Shown one piece after another: positions 58,783 to 64,000 of a stretch of 64,000 nucleotides of DNA. This DNA is from Candidatus Latescibacterota bacterium. Its GTDB lineage: Bacteria; Latescibacterota; UBA2968. A program made the translations under genes and the position numbers. Numbering within the stretch: the first letter of the stretch is position 1; each line of letters begins with the position of its first letter. The DNA is taken from assembly GCA_965208125.1 (NCBI GenBank), contig OZ242320.1, positions 4,288,001-4,352,000 of the forward strand, read 5' to 3'. The notes under the pieces are model-generated. The model ran no database searches. It was not told the DNA's origin and was given only the letters and a program-made list of their open reading frames with translations.

Positions 58783-58844
58783 ACATAACGTTTCAGTACT
58801 CCCGAACCACGAAGCGGTTGGGGGACGGCGAGCATCGGGTTGGC
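58783..58844 (-). other. Complete attC-like recombination site
   Basis: Minus strand AGCCAAC-CCG-ATGCTCGCCG...CGGGAGTAC-TGAAAC-GTTATGT; 13 nt after the stop at 58858 and just before the GNAT RBS. Confidence 0.65.
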
Positions 58845-58857
58845 TGATTCTCGCCTT

Positions 58858-59835
58858 TCAATCTATGCCTTCGATTGCAGCCTCGCCCATACGAATCGCC
58901 GCATCCGGGAGAGCGAGTATTCGGTCTTCCAATCCCCAGGTTCTCCGATTAGGCGACTTCGGCCCCCATTTCCGGTGGAGCTGGCAGAGGCGCTTGGCAT
59001 AGTAGGCCGCGAAGATGAAGGGGAGTGCGGTACGTTCATCATCTGAGGGAGGCCGGACTGAAAAGTACCCCTCCACGAACCGCTGCATTTCCTCATCTGT
59101 AAGCTGTCGCCCCACGGTCCCCATCAGCCATTGCATCCGGACCATCACTACATCCTCAAGCGCCGGAGCGAAGTGAGCCGAATTGAAGTCGGTGAATCGG
59201 ACCTCACCTGACGGGGAAGCAATCGTGTTCCAACTTCGCACATCTCTACGACAGAAGAGCCAACGAACGTCCATCTTGTTCGGCGTGTTATTCAACTGTG
59301 CTCGAAGCCGAGTGACCGCATCTGCCGCGGCCGACGAGAATGTCGTCCTCTCGCAATACTCGAGAGCATCAGAGATGTACCCTTGTGCATCTTTGACTTC
59401 TGAAAGGTAGGCTGGAAAGTCTTCGCTCGCATCGTGAACCCGTGCGAGAGCCTCCCCCACGTTGCGGAGAGTATCGACGCGGTCTACGACCTCTCCTTCC
59501 AAGAAGCTCTCCACCGAAATCACCAGGTCTCGAACGGACTTGTAGAGGCTACCATCCGTGGTTGGACGGATGTCAGGACACGGCGCGCCGCGATCGGCAA
59601 GGTGTCGCACAAACTCCACAATGGTTTTGGGATGGGTCGAGCCGTCCCATCCCGGATTCACGCGGAACACAACGCGTCCGTCCCGCAGACTATCACAAAA
59701 GAAGACGCACCGCGAATTCGCCCTGCGGACGCTGGTTACTTCCAGATCCCAGAATCGCTTGCAGAGATCCATAATTTCTGGCTGATCAGGCAGCGGGCCC
59801 GTTTCGTCTCTATATCTGGGATAGCGTGGTTCCAT
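58858..59835 (-). CDS. APH/choline kinase-like phosphotransferase with atypical catalytic loop
   Basis: VFRV, GAPCP, GEALARVH, CRRDVRSWN where HxDxxxxN is expected, FTDF; start uncertain (59835 or 59925). Confidence 0.7.
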   Translation of the reverse strand: MEPRYPRYRDETGPLPDQPEIMDLCKRFWDLEVTSVRRANSRCVFFCDSLRDGRVVFRVNPGWDGSTHPKTIVEFVRHLADRGAPCPDIRPTTDGSLYKSVRDLVISVESFLEGEVVDRVDTLRNVGEALARVHDASEDFPAYLSEVKDAQGYISDALEYCERTTFSSAAADAVTRLRAQLNNTPNKMDVRWLFCRRDVRSWNTIASPSGEVRFTDFNSAHFAPALEDVVMVRMQWLMGTVGRQLTDEEMQRFVEGYFSVRPPSDDERTALPFIFAAYYAKRLCQLHRKWGPKSPNRRTWGLEDRILALPDAAIRMGEAAIEGID

Positions 59836-59875
59836 TGGTTTTCTCGGCCCAGGACTGGCCGTAGCGGCGCGAGGA

Positions 59876-60472
59876 TTATAGGTGGTGCATAGCCCCAACA
59901 GCATCGAGTCGATATTGGTTGCCATCGTATGCAATCGTCGTAACGGAGCATTCACGCATTACTTCACCACTGTATGGGTCATTGCAGAATTCCGGACTGA
60001 TGCGACTCAGTTCTTCAGACGAAAAAACATTGAGAAGGAAGTCTGCTAAGACACCACCATGGGTCACCCCAATCACAGTATCTTTGGATGACTGAAGATA
60101 GCAATCAGAAACAAATGCCTCAATACGTCTGCCAGCCTCAATGCTTGAATCGCCGACACTGGATTGGTAATCTCGTTCTGTGTTACAACGCTCCCACTGA
60201 GTTATGAATTCATCGAAAGATTGGCCTTCGATGTCCCCCCAATTCATTCGTTCACGTAGCCGTGAATCTTCAGTAACTTCAAGATTCAAAATGGTGGCGA
60301 TGATCTCTGCTGTCTCTCTTGTTCGTGCCAGGGGACTGCTGAAGATTCGCGCGATGCCATTTGATGCTAACTTCCGGGCGAGTAGTCCTACCTCTTCTCG
60401 TCCCTTTGATGTCAATGAAGGATCGCCGATCTTGCGGTCTCTCTTACCATGGCGAATAAAGTGAAAACGCAT
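59876..60472 (-). CDS. Histidine phosphatase (phosphoglycerate mutase family)
   Basis: FIRHG, LTSKG, SSPLARTRETA, LRE, VTHGG. Confidence 0.92.
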   Translation of the reverse strand: MRFHFIRHGKRDRKIGDPSLTSKGREEVGLLARKLASNGIARIFSSPLARTRETAEIIATILNLEVTEDSRLRERMNWGDIEGQSFDEFITQWERCNTERDYQSSVGDSSIEAGRRIEAFVSDCYLQSSKDTVIGVTHGGVLADFLLNVFSSEELSRISPEFCNDPYSGEVMRECSVTTIAYDGNQYRLDAVGAMHHL

Positions 60473-60576
60473 TAAATCTACCTGTCTTCCGACCTGTTTT
60501 TTAGGGCGGTTTGGGTGGCACCTACATCAAATTACAATCGGGGCGGGAATAGAGCAGGCGACATCAGCATATTTTT

Positions 60577-63062
60577 TTATTCATTCCGCAAGGCATCTAC
60601 AGGATTTGATCGAGCTGCCTTCATTGTCTGGAAACTCACTGTGATCATGGCAATAAGGAAAGCCAAGATACCACTTAACATAAAAAACTCAAATCCAAGA
60701 TCTACCCGATACGCATAATTCTGAAGCCACTGCCACAGGGCATAGTAGCCAATCGGCCAGGCCAAGAGATTTGCAAGTGCGACCAACTTTGCAAAATCAC
60801 TGGATAGCAACATAACAATATTGGATACAGACGCTCCCAATACCTTGCGAATGCCGATTTCTTTTGTACGGTATTGCGCACTCAATGTGGCCAACCCAAG
60901 TAACCCCAAGCAGGCAATCAAAATACCAAGGGTTGAAAAGAAACCAAAAATATAGCTCAGTTTTCTTTCATTTTTATAGATTCGATCCAAATTCTCATCA
61001 AGAAAAGAAAATGTGAATGGACGATTGGGTATATACCTTTCCCAGACTTTTTGTACAAATGCCAGTGTTTGAGATAAATCTTCAGATTTGACCTCTAGGT
61101 ATAGTAGCCTTGCCTCATGAAATTCTGCAACCAATACGAGTCGTCCGATTTTTTCGTCAAGAGGTTTGTAATGAAAATCTTTGACAACACCGACGACTGT
61201 GCCGGAGCGTAGTCCATCTGGGTAGAACGTGCCTCCAACCTTCCAAGCAAATCGTTTCCCTATTGGATTTGTCCAACCCAATTGCTCGACCGCTGTTTCA
61301 TTCAAGATAAACCGCTCGTCTAATTTTTCCCTCAGTCTTTGCGGGTTTGTTGTTTCGGCATATGATCGCGTGAAATTCCGGCCTGATACGCATTTAATGC
61401 CATAGAAATCTAGAAAATCCTCATCCACGATTATCACATCCATACTGTACGTGGATTTTCCTTCGGGATGGAATGTCTCTACTGTTGCTCCTTCTCCAAC
61501 AGGGCCACGGGTGGTTGTTGCTCTGAGAATATTGGGATGCGTCGTGAATGCCTGCTTGATGGCGTTGTATTGGCTCTTGAAAAGCGTGGGATTGATCATC
61601 TGGTTGCTATTCGCTGCCTCAAAAATTGGAACTTCAATAATCTGCTCGCGGTCGAATCCCAGATTCTTATTTCGAAGAAATTTCTGTTGACTGTAAACAC
61701 CCCAAGTGACAACCATCAATAAAATGGCAAGAGCAAATTGTCCTACAACCAAACTCTTGCGAAGCCGAGTAGAGACGTTTGTAGCGGATTTACCTCTCAA
61801 CATTGAAACAGGGCGAAATGTCGATAAGACAAATGCCGGATAACTCCCTGCCAGAATACCGACGATGAATATAAGACCGAAAAGGCTGAGCAATAACTGG
61901 GTTGTGTTGACATTGAGTGTAATAGCGCGATCAAAAAACGAATTGAAAGTTGGCAATGCCAATTCTACCAACACCAAAGCCAAGATAAGCGCCATACAAG
62001 CAAAAAATATAGATTCGCCCAAAAATTGTGTGATGAGCTGCAATCGGTTTGCACCGACAACCTTACGAAGCCCGACCTCTCGCCTCCGCCCAATTGCACG
62101 AGCAGTTGTTAGGTTTATAAAATTCACACAGGCAATTACTAAAATAAAAATAGCAAGCAAAGAAAACAAATACACATTTTGAATGTCACCATGAGGTTTA
62201 CTGGTCTCTGGAGTACCACGATTCTCAATTTTGATGCCATAATCATGATTGGAGTATAGATGGATGCGGTTTAGGGGCTGCAAATGATATTGAATGTTAT
62301 TTGCAGCTGCTTCGCCCAGGTATTTCGGAATCAGATCTGAAAGTTTGCCTTCAAGTTGATTCGCATCATAACCTTCTTTAAGCAAAATATAGCTTTCTAC
62401 AGGACGCACCCCTCTCGGTTTCCAAGCCATCCATTTTTCTTGCCATCGCCCATTTTTAGTCGCCGATAAAATATCGAACCGAATGGCCGTCTGCTCAGGC
62501 ATATTTTTTAAGACGCCTGTAACGTGATGCGCATAATCTTTGTCGTCTTCCTCGATCAGAATGGTTTTGCCAATCGGATTTTCAGTGCCAAACAGTTTGT
62601 GTGCAAGTCTTTGAGTGATTAAAACGGAACCTGGTTCTGAGAGAACCGTTTCGGGATCGCCTTGAATCAGTGGAAAGTCAAAAACCTGTAGAACATTCTC
62701 GTCTGTAAGGCAAAAGGCTTGTTTGTATATTCTCTTATTGTCAGCAATTATTGTTCTTTGCCAGCGATGGATACGCAAAGCCTCAGAAATTTCAGGATAT
62801 ACATCCTGATTCAAGACTTCTACGAGACCTCCTAATGTGCGCTCACTAAAAGCTGCTTGGTCAACTGTTTTAGTCTCTCGAATCACCCTGTAAATTTGAT
62901 CTCGATTCCTTTGGTTCTGATCAAAACCTAATTCATAGTCGATATAGAGGCCTATCAGGATACAACAAGCCAAACCAATGGCTAACCGATAATGTTTAGA
63001 GCTGAGTAGAAACGATGGTTTATCAGGTTTCTCAGCATTATTTTGAGATAATTTTTCAGCAT
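60577..63062 (-). pseudogene. MacB/FtsX-type duplicated ABC permease with a frameshift near codon 27
   Basis: ATG 63062 gives MLKNYLKIMLRNL..HRFYSALNIIG then TAG; one added base at ~62985 restores LAIGLACCILI. Motifs IACVNFINL, REVGLRKVVGA, RTKEIGIRKVLGAS, NPVDALRNE. Confidence 0.85.
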
Positions 63063-63109
63063 GTGTCTGCCCTCAAAGAAGTGATTTCGGTTATTGGCAA
63101 TTTCAGTTC

Positions 63110-63496
63110 TCATGAAATCAACATAATGGATGCACTCTGGGGATTATTGAGGTAGAGTATGAAAAGGAGGTTGGAGTGGAAGGCTGTTCTGTCTTTGAAG
63201 CCTTCTGGAAAACTGCATTGTTCTGTTCGCAATGCTGTAAGCCTCTTAAAGCTTTTGCAAAGGATAGCCAGATACTCAGGATTAACGTCCACAGCCAGAA
63301 TGTCGTTTAACTCCGAAGCCCGAGTGCTCTCCAAACCATTACCTATACCCGCGCCCAAATATAGGAGCGATTTCGGCTCAAATCGTATCAGGCAATCTGT
63401 AAGATGTTTCCGAATCATCTCGCCTTGCCGCACCGATTTATGTTCCATGTGAATCTTGTAGTCAGCAGCGGGAACTGTCAGCCATGGATTGATCAT
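63110..63496 (-). pseudogene. Class I SAM methyltransferase, apparently C-terminally truncated
   Basis: NPW..VP..DY..HM, LYLGAGIGNG (motif I), AVDVNPEYL; similarity seems to end near KDRTAF. Confidence 0.65.
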
Positions 63497-63543
63497 AGTT
63501 AGGTTCAAATTTGTTACTGCCGAAGATGTGAGCCCATTCACTA

Positions 63544-63675
63544 GGTTCTGTCTGAAAAGTCACTTTTAAGCCTGAAATGACCTGTAAGCGATTTTATCAG
63601 ACAGCTTATTTTATAGGGTTTGGTAAATAGCCCAAATCGGCATTTAGAGGAAATTCAGACTTTTCAGACACTACC
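63544..63675. mobile_element. 132-bp MITE, copy 2
   Basis: Base-for-base identical to 16256-16387, same orientation, same cTA...TAa context. Confidence 0.92.
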
Positions 63676-63688
63676 TAAGAAGCATAAG

Positions 63689-63716
63689 CGACGCCGCGTG
63701 AATCGCTGTGTTAAAT
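63689..63716 (-). other. attC-like left half-site next to the MITE
   Basis: Minus strand ATTTAAC-ACAGC-GATTCACGCGG about 30 nt after the GNAT stop. Confidence 0.45.
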
Positions 63717-63746
63717 GTAGTGATCTCTCGGCTTGTTTCAGGCACT

Positions 63747-64000
63747 CTATTTAAGTGCAAATTCTAATAAGGGAATAGGGCGCCCCGGAATGGCCCCGGA
63801 AGGTGCTTCTCCAATTCGAACGGAACCTCTTGATAAATAAAATGATTCTGCATATGGGTCTGAGGGGATAGACAATTTGTGAAAACCTAACTGTCTCGCT
63901 TGATCAATCGCATGATCCCAAAGTCTCTTTCCATATCCTTGGCCTATTTTGCTTGGCTCAATAAATAAATCAGACAGTTCGAGTTCATTCTCTCTGATTT
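63747..64000 (-). CDS. GNAT N-acetyltransferase, 3' part (starts beyond window)
   Basis: Manual translation: LSDLFIEPSKIGQGYGKRLW...SDPYAESFY..RG..RIGE.PSG.IPGR.IP.L...*. Confidence 0.88.
   Translation of the reverse strand, partial: IRENELELSDLFIEPSKIGQGYGKRLWDHAIDQARQLGFHKLSIPSDPYAESFYLSRGSVRIGEAPSGAIPGRPIPLLEFALK

Noticed and set aside
1-64000. CRISPR array, tRNA, rRNA, integrase, transposase or reverse transcriptase
   Set aside because: I saw no regularly spaced repeats, cloverleaf/rRNA signatures, or RHRY/DDE/YADD-bearing ORFs by eye.
1-64000. A single conserved recombination motif at all gene junctions
   Set aside because: I read most spacers; apart from RBSs and the scattered attC-like pieces no shared motif was evident, so a uniform cassette system is not supported.

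Overview
Bacterial accessory DNA with no rRNA, tRNA, CRISPR array, integrase, transposase or core housekeeping operon. About 52 of about 56 credible genes lie on the minus strand. The left part (about 1-31 kb) is mostly carbohydrate/sulfate-ester catabolism: sulfatases, PhyH-type dioxygenases, PL4/PL5 lyases, BNR sialidases, two DUF3604-like metallo-hydrolases, a DegT aminotransferase and Gfo/Idh/MocA oxidoreductases. This repertoire resembles Latescibacteria/Poribacteria/PVC-type genomes (inference). The right part (31-64 kb) mixes such genes with typical integron-cassette cargo (GNAT, NUDIX, APH-like kinases, VOC, HAD, HigA, methyltransferase). The strongest signal is at the junctions. Many short spacers are stubs of other genes: RBS+ATG starts cut after 10-30 codons, or C-terminal ends with their stop codon. 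Two stubs are diverged copies of the 3' ends of genes intact elsewhere in the window (trpD, M55 peptidase). Two complete and several half attC-like sites occur. Neighbouring genes differ sharply in base composition and strand skew. Together this looks like a co-oriented gene-collecting mosaic built from donor fragments and/or eroded cassettes. Also notable: two identical 132-bp MITEs 47 kb apart, an alginate lyase-PhyH fusion, and two members of an uncharacterised GSWL...LFP...WGQF protein family. All calls are by eye from motifs; no database searches were run.
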